A DNA stretch of 64,000 nt from a bacterium (lineage in GTDB: Bacteria > Sysuimicrobiota > Sysuimicrobiia > Sysuimicrobiales > Kaftiobacteriaceae): NCBI GenBank assembly GCA_044868695.1, contig JBIOWP010000053.1, positions 35,103 through 99,102 on the forward strand, in the 5' to 3' direction. The position numbers and the translations under genes were made by a program. The notes beneath the pieces were generated by a model. It saw nothing but the letters and a program-made list of their open reading frames with translations, did not search any database and was not told the origin of the DNA. This document shows positions 9,823 to 19,584 of this stretch, in pieces (the stretch's first letter is position 1; each line of letters begins with the position of its first letter).

Positions 9823-11339
9823 CACGCCTCGCCGGTTTTCAACAGACGCAGCGGCTCGACGTTGGGTCCCGACCGGTGCTGCTCCTGACCGCGGGTCGGG
9901 CGATGGCATTCGCAATGACCTTCGCCACCCCTCTCGTGCTCGCGAGGGTGTTCGATCAGGCCGCGTTTGGCACGTACAAGCAGCTGTTCCTCGTCTACGG
10001 GACGATTGCGGCGATCGCCCAATTGGGGATGGCCGACAGCCTGCTCTACTTCCTGGCGTCAACGCCGGATCGCGGCGGGCGGTACGTCCTGAACAGCCTC
10101 CTGGCCCTGGCCGGCAGCGGGCTGGCGTGCCTGGGGCTCCTCGCGGTTGCTGGTCCGGTGCTCGCGCACTGGCTGGGCAATGGCATGCTGTCGGGGCTGT
10201 CGGGACTGCTCGGCGCGTACGTCCTGCTGATGCTTCCCGCCACGGTCCTGGAGATTGTCATGATCGCGCGCAGGCACTATGGGAATGCGGGGCTGGTGTA
10301 CGGCCTTTCCGATCTGGTCAAGGCGGTCGCACTGGTCGTCCCAGCCGTCGTGACCCGGAGACTAGAGTGGCTGCTGGCTGGCGGAGTGGCGTTCGGCGCG
10401 ATCCGGCTTGGGGGGACGCTCTTGTACCTCGCCCGAGAGTATGCGGGCGAGTTGCGAACCGACCGGATGGCGCTGCGGCGGCAGTTGGCCTATGGCCTCC
10501 CTCTCCAGCTCGGCGTCGGCTTGTGGATTCTGGTGCAAAGTCTCCACTACTACATCGTCGCTGCGGGCGTGGACGCGGCCACGTATGCGATCTACGCGGT
10601 CGGCTGCCTCCAGATTCCGATCATCGACATGCTGTCCACGCCGTCCAAGAACCTGCTCACGGCGCGCATGCGAGAGGCAGTGACCGCGGACCAGTCCGGT
10701 GCCGCGCTCGCGCTCTGGCACGATACAACGCGCAGGCTCGCGCTCGTCTTCTTCCCGCTCGCCGGGCTCCTGGTCGCGACGGCCCGAGACTTGATCCCGG
10801 TGCTCTTTACGGACCGATATGCCGCGAGCATTCCGATCCTTATGGTCTGGTCACTGATCGCACCAGCGTACGCGGCGCAGCCGGATGGCGTGCTGGCCGT
10901 CTACGCCGAAACCCGTGCAATCGCCGTCGTGCACGCGATCCAGCTGCTGCTCATGACGGTCTTGGTGCTCGCGTTCATACGGCTGTTCGGACTCGTCGGC
11001 GCGGTGCTGGGAACGGTGCTCGTCATTTGGGTCGGCAAGGTCCTCATGCTCCTCCGCGCTCGGCGCCTCTTGCGTGTGACACTCGCCGCGCTGCTGCCCT
11101 GGCGGAGTCTCGGCATCATCTCGGGCGCCGCCGCCGCTTCCGCTCTGATCGCCGTGGAGGTCAACGCACACCTGGCAGTGGGGCAGGTGCCGGCCCTGAT
11201 CCTCACATCGGGCGCCTGCGTGGTGACGTACGTGGGGATCCTGGTGCTGTGCGGATTCATTGACCTCGAGGCGCGACCCGGCCGGGGTCTAATCGCGGTC
11301 TCGCCGTTGGCCGTGAGGGGAGGCAGTCATGAGCCTTAA
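9819..11339 (+). CDS. wzx: Oligosaccharide flippase (Wzx)
   Basis: Many TM helices; LARVFDQAAFGTY, LAYGLPL; EPS context. Confidence 0.8.
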   Translation: MTRLAGFQQTQRLDVGSRPVLLLTAGRAMAFAMTFATPLVLARVFDQAAFGTYKQLFLVYGTIAAIAQLGMADSLLYFLASTPDRGGRYVLNSLLALAGSGLACLGLLAVAGPVLAHWLGNGMLSGLSGLLGAYVLLMLPATVLEIVMIARRHYGNAGLVYGLSDLVKAVALVVPAVVTRRLEWLLAGGVAFGAIRLGGTLLYLAREYAGELRTDRMALRRQLAYGLPLQLGVGLWILVQSLHYYIVAAGVDAATYAIYAVGCLQIPIIDMLSTPSKNLLTARMREAVTADQSGAALALWHDTTRRLALVFFPLAGLLVATARDLIPVLFTDRYAASIPILMVWSLIAPAYAAQPDGVLAVYAETRAIAVVHAIQLLLMTVLVLAFIRLFGLVGAVLGTVLVIWVGKVLMLLRARRLLRVTLAALLPWRSLGIISGAAAASALIAVEVNAHLAVGQVPALILTSGACVVTYVGILVLCGFIDLEARPGRGLIAVSPLAVRGGSHEP

Positions 11340-12090
11340 GGAGGCGGTGCGGGAGTATTGGGAATTGCAGCCGTGCGGCGCGAGTCCGAGCATTGTCGGG
11401 GTTCTCCCGCGCGCCAGCCGGGAATGGTTTGAGAAGATTGAGGAGCACCGCTACCGCCTCGAGCCGTTCATCCATGCCGTCGCTCAGTTTACTCGTCACA
11501 GGGGCAAGCGTGTGCTGGAGATCGGAGTAGGGACGGGGACCGATTTCCTCCAGTGGGCACGGGCCGGAACCCGCTGTGTGGGTGTCGACATGACCGACGA
11601 AGGCGTTGAGCTCACGAAGGCGCGGCTGGCATGTTACGGGTTCGCCCCTGAGGTCATCCGCGCCGATGCGGAATGCCTGCCATTCTCCGATACCTCATTT
11701 GACCTGGTGTATTCCTGGGGAGTCCTGCATCACACTCCCGATCCGGGAGCGGCGGTGCGGGAGATCCGGCGGATCCTGAAGCCCGGGGGAACGTTCATCG
11801 GGATGATGTACCACCGGCGTTCGGTGCTGGCCTTCAAGTTCTGGGTCTGGTATGGTCTCCTGCGAGGTCGGCCCTGGCGCAGCTTCGCAGACGTGCTCTG
11901 GCACCACATGGAGAGCCTCGGCACGAAAGCGTACACCATTCCGGAATTGCGCGAGCTCTTTGGAGAGTTCGCCAGCTTCAGCGCGCGGCCGATCCTGACC
12001 CCGTACGACCGGAAACGCTGGCCGCGGGTCGTGTCGGCGTTCTTTCCCGATGCCTGGGGCTGGTTCACCGCGATCACCGCAACCCGCTGA
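11329..12090 (+). CDS. Class I SAM-dependent methyltransferase
   Basis: VLEIGVGTG, DAECLPFSDTSFDLVYSWGVLHH, RILKPGG. Confidence 0.9.
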   Translation: MSLKEAVREYWELQPCGASPSIVGVLPRASREWFEKIEEHRYRLEPFIHAVAQFTRHRGKRVLEIGVGTGTDFLQWARAGTRCVGVDMTDEGVELTKARLACYGFAPEVIRADAECLPFSDTSFDLVYSWGVLHHTPDPGAAVREIRRILKPGGTFIGMMYHRRSVLAFKFWVWYGLLRGRPWRSFADVLWHHMESLGTKAYTIPELRELFGEFASFSARPILTPYDRKRWPRVVSAFFPDAWGWFTAITATR

Positions 12091-12095
12091 TCACC

Positions 12096-13202
12096 GTGAC
12101 ACTCATGACGCCGCTTACGGTTGCTCTGGTGGCACCGACGATGGAGCTCCTGGGGGGCAACACCATTCAGGCCTACGCGCTTGCCCAGGCCCTGCGTGCC
12201 GAGGGGTGCGAGGTCGCGTTCGTCCCGATCAATCCCCGCTTTCCCCGTGGGGTCAGCTGGCTCCGCCGGTACCGGTACGTGCGCACCGTGGTAAACGAGG
12301 CCCTGTATGTGCCGACCCTCCTCCGGATCCGCGGTGCCAATGTCACGCACATCGTTTCGGCAGCTGGATCCTCTTTCATCGTCGCATCACTCCCGGCGAT
12401 CCTGGCCGCGCGGATGCTCGGTACTCGAGTGGTGCTGCACTACCACTCGGGCAAAGGTCCCGACCACCTGGCGCGGTGGGGCCCGCTGGTGCATCCCTGG
12501 CTGCGCCTGGTCGATGAGATCGTCGTTCCCTCCGAGTACTTGCGATCGGTGTTTGCCCAACATGGCTACCGGGTGCGCGTCATCAGGAACATCATCGACA
12601 CCGCCCAGTTCGCGTACCGGGAGCGGCGGACGCTGCGTCCCCGACTGCTCTCCACCCGCGCCCTCGAACCTCTGTATCGCGTGGACAACACGCTTGAAGC
12701 GTTCTTCCGCGTGCAGGCGCGGTTTCCGAACGCCACCCTGACCCTCGCGGGATACGGCACCGAGGAGGGCCGACTCCGCCGGCTGGCCGCTTTGTCTGGG
12801 ACGGACGGAGTCCGATTCGTCGGACGCATTGAGCCCGAGGCCATGCCTCGTCTGCTGAACGAAGCGGACGTGTTCGTCAACTCGTCCGTCATCGACAACC
12901 AGCCGGTGTCTGTGCTCGAGGCCTTCGCGGCGGGCCTGCCGGTTGTCTCGACCAACCCCGGCGATCTTGCCGCCCTCGTTCGCAACGGCGAGACCGGTCT
13001 CGTCGTTCCGCCTGAGGATCCGGGCGCGATGGCCGATGCGGTCACGCGGCTCCTGAACGACATCGAATACGCGATGACCCTCTCGCAGAGAGCCCGCCAC
13101 GAGGTCGAGCGGTACACATGGCCGCACGTGCGTCACGAATGGGCGGCCGCATACGCGGGGAATGGCCGCGCGGGCGGGGGGCTCGGGTCGCCACCGGCAT
13201 GA
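12096..13202 (+). CDS. Glycosyltransferase family 4
   Basis: DVFVNSSVIDNQPVSVLEAFAAGLPVVST, GETGLVV. Confidence 0.9.
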   Translation: MTLMTPLTVALVAPTMELLGGNTIQAYALAQALRAEGCEVAFVPINPRFPRGVSWLRRYRYVRTVVNEALYVPTLLRIRGANVTHIVSAAGSSFIVASLPAILAARMLGTRVVLHYHSGKGPDHLARWGPLVHPWLRLVDEIVVPSEYLRSVFAQHGYRVRVIRNIIDTAQFAYRERRTLRPRLLSTRALEPLYRVDNTLEAFFRVQARFPNATLTLAGYGTEEGRLRRLAALSGTDGVRFVGRIEPEAMPRLLNEADVFVNSSVIDNQPVSVLEAFAAGLPVVSTNPGDLAALVRNGETGLVVPPEDPGAMADAVTRLLNDIEYAMTLSQRARHEVERYTWPHVRHEWAAAYAGNGRAGGGLGSPPA

Positions 13203-15310
13203 GGCTGGAACGCGTGCTACAGATGCCGGTCACCGAGATTGCCGGTCGGGGACGTCAGGAGGCGGCGAAATGGCTGGACCGTGTGGCCGCCGTCGCGAGT
13301 ACGCGGCCGGCCCGCATCCACCCGCCGAGCGTGGGTGTCGATCCCACACGCTTCTTCGAGGGCGCCGCGAGCCCGGACACGACGGCGTTCGTAATCGCGC
13401 AGCTCCCTGGGAGTGTTGATCGGGCCATCGTCACGGCGGACGCGGTCTGCCGGGGCCGGTTCGATCTCCTGGGCTACCGGGACCTGATCTTCGGCGATCC
13501 CGTGGACTGGCACCTGGATCCCGTCTCGCGCCGCCGTGCGCCCCTGGTGCACTGGAGCCGCCTCAATCCCCTTGACGCGGCCGCCGTCGGGGACAGCAAA
13601 GTGATCTGGGAGTTGAACCGCCACCAGTGGCTCCTGCATCTCGGGCAGGCGTACCGAATCACCGGGGACGAGCGCTACGCAGACACTTTTGCCCGCTACG
13701 TGCGCGACTGGACGCGGGCCAATCCCACCGGCCTGGGCATCAACTGGGCGAGCAGCCTCGAGGTCGCGTTCAGGATGATCTCCTGGTGTTGGGCCTTGAT
13801 GTTGTTTCACGGCTCCCCCACGCTGTCCGGCGGCCTCTTTGGCCAGATGCTCATTGGGATCGAGGCCCATGCCCGCCACGTCGAGCGGTATCTCTCGCAC
13901 TACTTCGCGCCCAATACCCATCTGACCGGCGAAGCGCTCGGGCTCTTCTACGCCGGTGTGCTCTTTCCAGACCTGCGCCGTGCAAAACGGTGGAAGGAAC
14001 TTGGGACGGGAATTCTTGTCACACAGTGCGACCGCCACATCCTGCCGGACGGCGTGTACTTTGAACAGTCCACGTGGTATCAACGCTACACGGCTGACAT
14101 CTACCTTCACTTTCTGATCCTGGCCGCACGGAATGGCGTCGGTGTTCCGGATACGGTACGAGACCGGGTCTGTCGGCTGCTTGACTTCCTTGTCGCCGTT
14201 CGCCGCCCCGACGGATCGATGCCGCTCATCGGCGACGCCGATGGGGGGTGGCTCCTCCCGCTGGTGCCGAGGGACGCCGGCGACCTCCGAGGCACGATGG
14301 CACTGGCGGCGGCGTTCTTCGCCCGCCCCGACTATGCCTGGGCGGCCGACGGCCGGGCCCCCGAAGTCTTGTGGATACTGGGGGCGGCCGGGCAGAAAGC
14401 GTTCGCGGCCCTCGATCCGCGGCCGCCGGATGCGGCGCCGTCGCGGCTCTTCTCTGACGGCGGCTATGCCATCATGCAGACCGGATGGGAGCGGGAGGCC
14501 CACCAGCTGGTCCTCGACGCCGGACCGTTCGGTGCGGTCAACGGCGGGCATGGGCACGCGGACCTTCTGAGCCTTCAGTGCTCGGTCTTTGGAGAGCCCT
14601 TCCTCGTCGACCCGGGCACGGATGGCTACACGGTGGACCCACAGTGGCGCGATTTTTTCCGCGGCACTGCGGCTCATTCGACCGTGCGGATAGATTCCCG
14701 TCCGCAGGCCATCCCTGGCGGGCCCTTCAAGTGGGAATCGCGGCCTCGGGCCCGCCTGCGTCGATGGGTGTCCACGCAGACCATGGACTTTGCCGACGCG
14801 GAGCACGACGCTTACCACCGCCTTCCCGATCCGGTGACGCACCGGCGCCGGGTGCTCTTCGTGAAGCCCCGGTACTGGGTGGTCGTCGATGACCTCGTCG
14901 GAGCGAGCGAGCACCGGGTTGACCTCCAGTTCCAGTTCGCGCCAATGGATGTGATCGCGGATTCGACCCTGTGGGCCCGCGCCGTTGGCCGGCGAGATCG
15001 AGGCCTGCTGATCCGGGCGTTCTCGTCCGCAGCCCTGACGGCCAAGGTGTGGGAAGGCCAGGTGGGCCGGCCGGGAGGCTGGGTATCGCCGGACTACGGC
15101 CGGCGCCATCCGGCGCCAGTCCTGACGTACTCCACTTTCGCACGCCTGCCCCTGAGGGTCGTGACACTCTTCCTGCCCGCGGACAACCCTTCGGCGCCCC
15201 TACCCCGGGTGTCGGGATCGTGCGGCGGCCCGGCAGACCCGACGGTGCTCGTGTTCGATGACACGGGCGAGGCGGTGGTCGTAGGGGACGACGATATCCA
15301 TGTCGCATGA
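13199..15310 (+). CDS. Heparinase II/III family protein (polysaccharide lyase-like)
   Basis: IWELNRHQW, NWASSLEVAFR, DGVYFEQS..Y, GHGHADLLS, DPGT, HSTV; ATG at 13199 overlaps upstream stop. Confidence 0.9.
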   Translation: MRLERVLQMPVTEIAGRGRQEAAKWLDRVAAVASTRPARIHPPSVGVDPTRFFEGAASPDTTAFVIAQLPGSVDRAIVTADAVCRGRFDLLGYRDLIFGDPVDWHLDPVSRRRAPLVHWSRLNPLDAAAVGDSKVIWELNRHQWLLHLGQAYRITGDERYADTFARYVRDWTRANPTGLGINWASSLEVAFRMISWCWALMLFHGSPTLSGGLFGQMLIGIEAHARHVERYLSHYFAPNTHLTGEALGLFYAGVLFPDLRRAKRWKELGTGILVTQCDRHILPDGVYFEQSTWYQRYTADIYLHFLILAARNGVGVPDTVRDRVCRLLDFLVAVRRPDGSMPLIGDADGGWLLPLVPRDAGDLRGTMALAAAFFARPDYAWAADGRAPEVLWILGAAGQKAFAALDPRPPDAAPSRLFSDGGYAIMQTGWEREAHQLVLDAGPFGAVNGGHGHADLLSLQCSVFGEPFLVDPGTDGYTVDPQWRDFFRGTAAHSTVRIDSRPQAIPGGPFKWESRPRARLRRWVSTQTMDFADAEHDAYHRLPDPVTHRRRVLFVKPRYWVVVDDLVGASEHRVDLQFQFAPMDVIADSTLWARAVGRRDRGLLIRAFSSAALTAKVWEGQVGRPGGWVSPDYGRRHPAPVLTYSTFARLPLRVVTLFLPADNPSAPLPRVSGSCGGPADPTVLVFDDTGEAVVVGDDDIHVA

Positions 15311-16883
15311 GGGTGGGGCCGAGATGTATACCATCCGCGACGTGTTGACGCTGCAGTCCGAGAATCTGCGGGCTGATCACATCGCTGTGGTGGACGGGGT
15401 CAGGCGCCTGACTTACGGAGAGCTGCAGGCGTGCGCCCGGCGCTTCGGCACGCTACTCACAGAAGCAGGCGTGCGCAGGGGTGATCGCGTCGCCATCTTC
15501 TTGCCACGCTCGGTTGACGCGGTGACCGCGCTGTTTGGGACGTGGTTCGCCGGCGGCGTGGCGGTCGTGATCAACGAGCACCTGCGCGCGCAGCAAGTCA
15601 ACCACGTCCTCGCCCACAGCGGGGCCGGGTGCGTGGTGACCGACAGCAGACAACTGCGCTCTCTGTCACATCCCCTGCGGGGTTCGGTGACTCTTGTCAA
15701 CGTCGACCAGGTCGAGCTGCCGCATGCGCCACACGCTCCGGAGCCGGTCATCGGAGCAGATCTCGCCCTGTTGATTTACACGTCGGGCTCGACGGGGCTG
15801 CCCAAAGGCGTGATGGTGAGCCACGATAACCTGCTGGCCGGCGCCCGCATCGTGTCGGACTACCTGCGCCTCACCGAGCGGGACGTGATCCTGAGCTTGA
15901 TGCCGTTCAGTTTCGACTACGGCCTCAATCAACTGCTGACCGCGGTCTGGGTGGGGGGGACGCTGGTGGTTCAGCGATCGTTGTTCCCCCCGGACATTTG
16001 CGCCGCGCTTGAGCGGGAGGAGGTCACGGGAGTGGCGGCTGTGCCGACGCTGTGGCTGCAGCTGACCGGCAGACAGTCACCCTTCCTCCACCGGGCGTTG
16101 CCGCGGCTGCGGTATCTCACCAACACCGGTGGACGGCTGCCCGAGCGCACCGTGCGGTCGATCCGGGCCGCCCATCCGCACGTTCAGGTGTACCTGATGT
16201 ACGGGCTGACGGAGGCATTCAGATCTACCTACCTCCCACCGGACCAGGTGGACCTTCGGCCATCGTCCATCGGAAAGGCGATCCCCAACGTGGAGATCTG
16301 CGTGATCAACGAGGAAGGCAGGCCCTGTGCGCCCGGCGAGGTCGGCGAGCTGGTGCATCGCGGCGCAACCGTGACCCTGGGGTACTGGCGCGACCCCGAC
16401 GCCACCGCGCGGGTATTCCGGCCTCACCCTCTGGAGCCGTTCCGCAACGGGAGCCGGGAGCTCGTCGTCTACTCCGGCGACCTCGTGAAGATGGACGGGG
16501 ATGGGTACCTGTACTACGTCGGACGGCGGGACCAGTTGATCAAATCACGCGGGTTTCGCGTCAGTCCCGAGGAGATTGAACGCTGCATCGGGTCGTCGGG
16601 TCTCGTCACCAACGTGGTGGCCTTTGCGGAGCCCAGGGACGAGGGGGACAGCGAGATCGTGATCGCCGTGCTTCCGAACAGCCCAGACGCCTTCCGCGAA
16701 GAGGCCCTGCGGGAGTTCTGCAACGTCGAGATGCCGGAGTACATGCAGCCGCAGGTGATCTGGCAGATGGACCAATTTCCGCTGACCACATCCGGGAAAC
16801 CGGACCGCGGCAGAATACAGGAGATGTACCGTGCGCGACACGAGCGACCTATACAAGTTGCTGGAACCGCAAGAACGGCTTGA
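15300..16883 (+). CDS. AMP-forming acyl-CoA/ACP ligase (similar to exosortase-A-system-associated ligases)
   Basis: YTSGSTGLPKG, FSFDYGLNQL, MYGLTEAFRSTYL, SGDLV, GKPDR; start may be 15324. Confidence 0.85.
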   Translation: MSHEGGAEMYTIRDVLTLQSENLRADHIAVVDGVRRLTYGELQACARRFGTLLTEAGVRRGDRVAIFLPRSVDAVTALFGTWFAGGVAVVINEHLRAQQVNHVLAHSGAGCVVTDSRQLRSLSHPLRGSVTLVNVDQVELPHAPHAPEPVIGADLALLIYTSGSTGLPKGVMVSHDNLLAGARIVSDYLRLTERDVILSLMPFSFDYGLNQLLTAVWVGGTLVVQRSLFPPDICAALEREEVTGVAAVPTLWLQLTGRQSPFLHRALPRLRYLTNTGGRLPERTVRSIRAAHPHVQVYLMYGLTEAFRSTYLPPDQVDLRPSSIGKAIPNVEICVINEEGRPCAPGEVGELVHRGATVTLGYWRDPDATARVFRPHPLEPFRNGSRELVVYSGDLVKMDGDGYLYYVGRRDQLIKSRGFRVSPEEIERCIGSSGLVTNVVAFAEPRDEGDSEIVIAVLPNSPDAFREEALREFCNVEMPEYMQPQVIWQMDQFPLTTSGKPDRGRIQEMYRARHERPIQVAGTARTA

Positions 16884-18006
16884 CCGTCTCATCACGTCGA
16901 CGTTCAAGCGCTTCGGGCCCCGGGCGGTCGATTTGTCCTATGCGAACCCGGCCGAGGGGCCAGACGCCCAGGTGCGTGGGGCGCTCGCGCGTGCGGCCGC
17001 TGAGATGGACGGGCTGGCGTTTCAATACACCCCGTACGGCGGGAACACCGTGACCCGCCGCGCGATCGCGTCCCAGTTGAGCCGGGAGTACGAGCTCGCT
17101 TTCCACTACCGCGATGTCATCATGACCACCGGCGCCATGACGGCATTGAACGTCGTGTTCCACGGGCTCTGCGGGCCGCAGGACGAAGTCATGGTGCTTA
17201 CGCCCTGCTGGCAGGACTACCCGCTGTACCTTCGCAACCTAGGCGTGCCCTTCTCCTTCGTGGGCCTCAAAGACGACAAACATCTCGACATCGACGGCAT
17301 CGGCCGGGCGCTCAATGAGACGACCAAGGCAGTGCTCCTCAGCCAGCCGTGCTGCCCGACGGGGGTGCTGTACGCCCAGGACGAGCTCGATGCCCTGTCG
17401 GCGCTGCTGGCCGCCGCGGAGGCTCGATTCGGCACGACGATCTACCTGATCAGCGACGAGGTCTACCGCCACATCGTCTGGAGCAGGAAACCATTCTACA
17501 GCCCGTTGCTGAGTTATCCCCGCAGTCTCAGCATCTATTCATTTGGCAAGGCCCTCGCGCTTCAGGGACAGCGTATCGGGTACATCGCGGTGTCGCCCCG
17601 CGCCCCCGAGCGGAGCGAGGTCAGGGAACTGCTGCTGCGATGCGTCAGGCTCATGGGCTTCTGCACGCCGACCAGTTTGATGCAGCGTGCCGTGTGCGAC
17701 CTGCTGGACTACAGGCCGCGCCTGGACGGGCTGGCGGAAAAGCAGGCGTTTGTGAGGCGCATGATCGGCGGCTACGGGTATCAGGTGTGCGACGCCGACG
17801 CGGCCTTCTATGTCTATGCCAGGTCGCCGGTCCCCGACGACTTCACGTTCGCTGAGCAGCTCGCCTCGCGGGGGGTGATGGTCATGCCGTCGACACTGTT
17901 CCACGAACCCGGGTTTGTGCGCCTGTCCTTAACCGCCCGGGTCGAGGCGATCGAGGCGGGACTGCCGGCGTTCGCCAGCGTCCTCCAGCCCCGCGTGGCA
18001 GTGTAG
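16831..18006 (+). CDS. PLP-dependent aminotransferase class I/II
   Basis: QPCCPTG, ISDEVY, SFGKALALQGQRIGY (PLP lysine). Confidence 0.85.
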   Translation: MRDTSDLYKLLEPQERLDRLITSTFKRFGPRAVDLSYANPAEGPDAQVRGALARAAAEMDGLAFQYTPYGGNTVTRRAIASQLSREYELAFHYRDVIMTTGAMTALNVVFHGLCGPQDEVMVLTPCWQDYPLYLRNLGVPFSFVGLKDDKHLDIDGIGRALNETTKAVLLSQPCCPTGVLYAQDELDALSALLAAAEARFGTTIYLISDEVYRHIVWSRKPFYSPLLSYPRSLSIYSFGKALALQGQRIGYIAVSPRAPERSEVRELLLRCVRLMGFCTPTSLMQRAVCDLLDYRPRLDGLAEKQAFVRRMIGGYGYQVCDADAAFYVYARSPVPDDFTFAEQLASRGVMVMPSTLFHEPGFVRLSLTARVEAIEAGLPAFASVLQPRVAV

Positions 18007-18008
18007 CG

Positions 18009-19340
18009 ATGCTTCAGTCCACGCTGCGCGTCCGGAACTTCTGCTGGCAGAGGGGATCGTTTGCGCCCTCCGTGAACGACACAGCGCCGGCCGAACTGGC
18101 AGAGTGGACAGGGCCGTTTTCGCTGGCCGTCGTGGGGCCCCAGGGCCGCGTGACGCTGGCGCGGGACCGGCTGGGCATCAACAAGCTGTTCTTCGCCATC
18201 CACGAGACGGGCAGGGTGGCGGGCGCAAACTACCTGGTTGATCTCGTGGGGCAAGGGATCCCCTGTGAGGCCATCTACTCCGTGCCGGCCGGGCATGTGG
18301 TTGAGGTCGACGTAGGAGACCGGGCCGTATCGTCGAGCCGCTTCGCGGGGACCGATCCCGTACCACAACCAGGCGGCGCCGGAGTGAAAGACATTGCACG
18401 GGGTATCCGCAGGGACCTCGAGGGCTGGTTCGCCCGGCTCGCCGAGCAGTTCACCGGGCGGAGGATCTGCGTCTGCCTGTCCGGAGGTCTTGACAGCGGT
18501 GTGATTGCGGCCCTGGCGAGGGAGTATTTCCGGGACGTCACCGCCTACACCTATGGGTATATGGAGGCGGGCGCAGTCCACAGCGAGGACGTGAGGTATG
18601 CGGAGCGGCTGGCCCACGCGCTGCGGATCCCGTTCCGGCTCGTGGCCGCGTCGGCCGAGGACGTGCACGCGGCGGTGGATGACGCCGTGTGCTATGGGCA
18701 GGACTGGCGGGACTTCAACGTACACTGCGCCATCGTGAACGAGATCCTGGCCCGCGCAATCCGCCGCGACGCGGAGGACAGCGGCGCCGGATTGTCCCCG
18801 TTGATCCTGACAGGCGACCTGGCCAACGAATTTCTTGCCGACTACGCGGCGGTCTCGTACCGTGGCCGCGAGTATTACCGCCTGCCCAGGCTGAGTCCCG
18901 GGGAGTTGCGGTCCGTGCTGATTCAGGGCCTGGACGCGGGAGACCGGGAGGTGGGCGTCTTCAACCACCACGGGCTTGAGGTCATTCAACCGTACGGCCT
19001 CGTCGTTGACCGGTATCTGGCCCTGCCGGGATCGTTTCTCGGGCGGGCGCGGGCCAAGCAGGCGCTGGGCGGCGCGATCGCGGGGGATCTGCTCCCGCGC
19101 TTTGTCTTTGATCGCGTCAAGGTCAGAGCCCAGATCGGTAGCTCGACGGAGCCTACAGGGATTCTCCCGGTGCTCATCGATGCCGGCTTCGATGCGGGAA
19201 GGTTGCGCGAGGTCTTTTGCCGGCTGTTCAAGGTCGAGGACCAGGCGTTTCTCAGCAGGTTTGTCCGCGCCGGGCGGTACCGTGCCATGAACCAATTTCC
19301 TCTCAAGGAGACCTGGATCGATGGCTATCTCGCAGCCTGA
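18009..19340 (+). CDS. Asparagine synthetase-related ATP pyrophosphatase lacking N-terminal Cys
   Basis: LARDRLGINKLFF, PP-loop LSGGLDSG, ILTGDLANE; no MCG N-terminus. Confidence 0.7.
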   Translation: MLQSTLRVRNFCWQRGSFAPSVNDTAPAELAEWTGPFSLAVVGPQGRVTLARDRLGINKLFFAIHETGRVAGANYLVDLVGQGIPCEAIYSVPAGHVVEVDVGDRAVSSSRFAGTDPVPQPGGAGVKDIARGIRRDLEGWFARLAEQFTGRRICVCLSGGLDSGVIAALAREYFRDVTAYTYGYMEAGAVHSEDVRYAERLAHALRIPFRLVAASAEDVHAAVDDAVCYGQDWRDFNVHCAIVNEILARAIRRDAEDSGAGLSPLILTGDLANEFLADYAAVSYRGREYYRLPRLSPGELRSVLIQGLDAGDREVGVFNHHGLEVIQPYGLVVDRYLALPGSFLGRARAKQALGGAIAGDLLPRFVFDRVKVRAQIGSSTEPTGILPVLIDAGFDAGRLREVFCRLFKVEDQAFLSRFVRAGRYRAMNQFPLKETWIDGYLAA

Positions 19341-19584
19341 TGTGGCCCGCACGATTGAGACGTTTATCCGGAAGGAATTCCGCGTCATACCGGACGACCC
19401 CCAGTTCTCGTGGGACGCGCATCTGTTCGAGTTGGGTTATGTGGACTCCGTAGGGGTCGTCGAGCTCATTGCCTTCATCGAATCCACCTTTCGGGTCAAG
19501 CTCGCTGACGAGCATATCTTCAGCGAACGCTTCACGACCATCAACGGGATCAGCAGCGTCGTCAGTGTGTGCACGGTGGGATGA
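19321..19584 (+). CDS. Acyl carrier protein
   Basis: LFELGYVDSVGVVELIAFIESTF. Confidence 0.9.
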   Translation: MAISQPDVARTIETFIRKEFRVIPDDPQFSWDAHLFELGYVDSVGVVELIAFIESTFRVKLADEHIFSERFTTINGISSVVSVCTVG

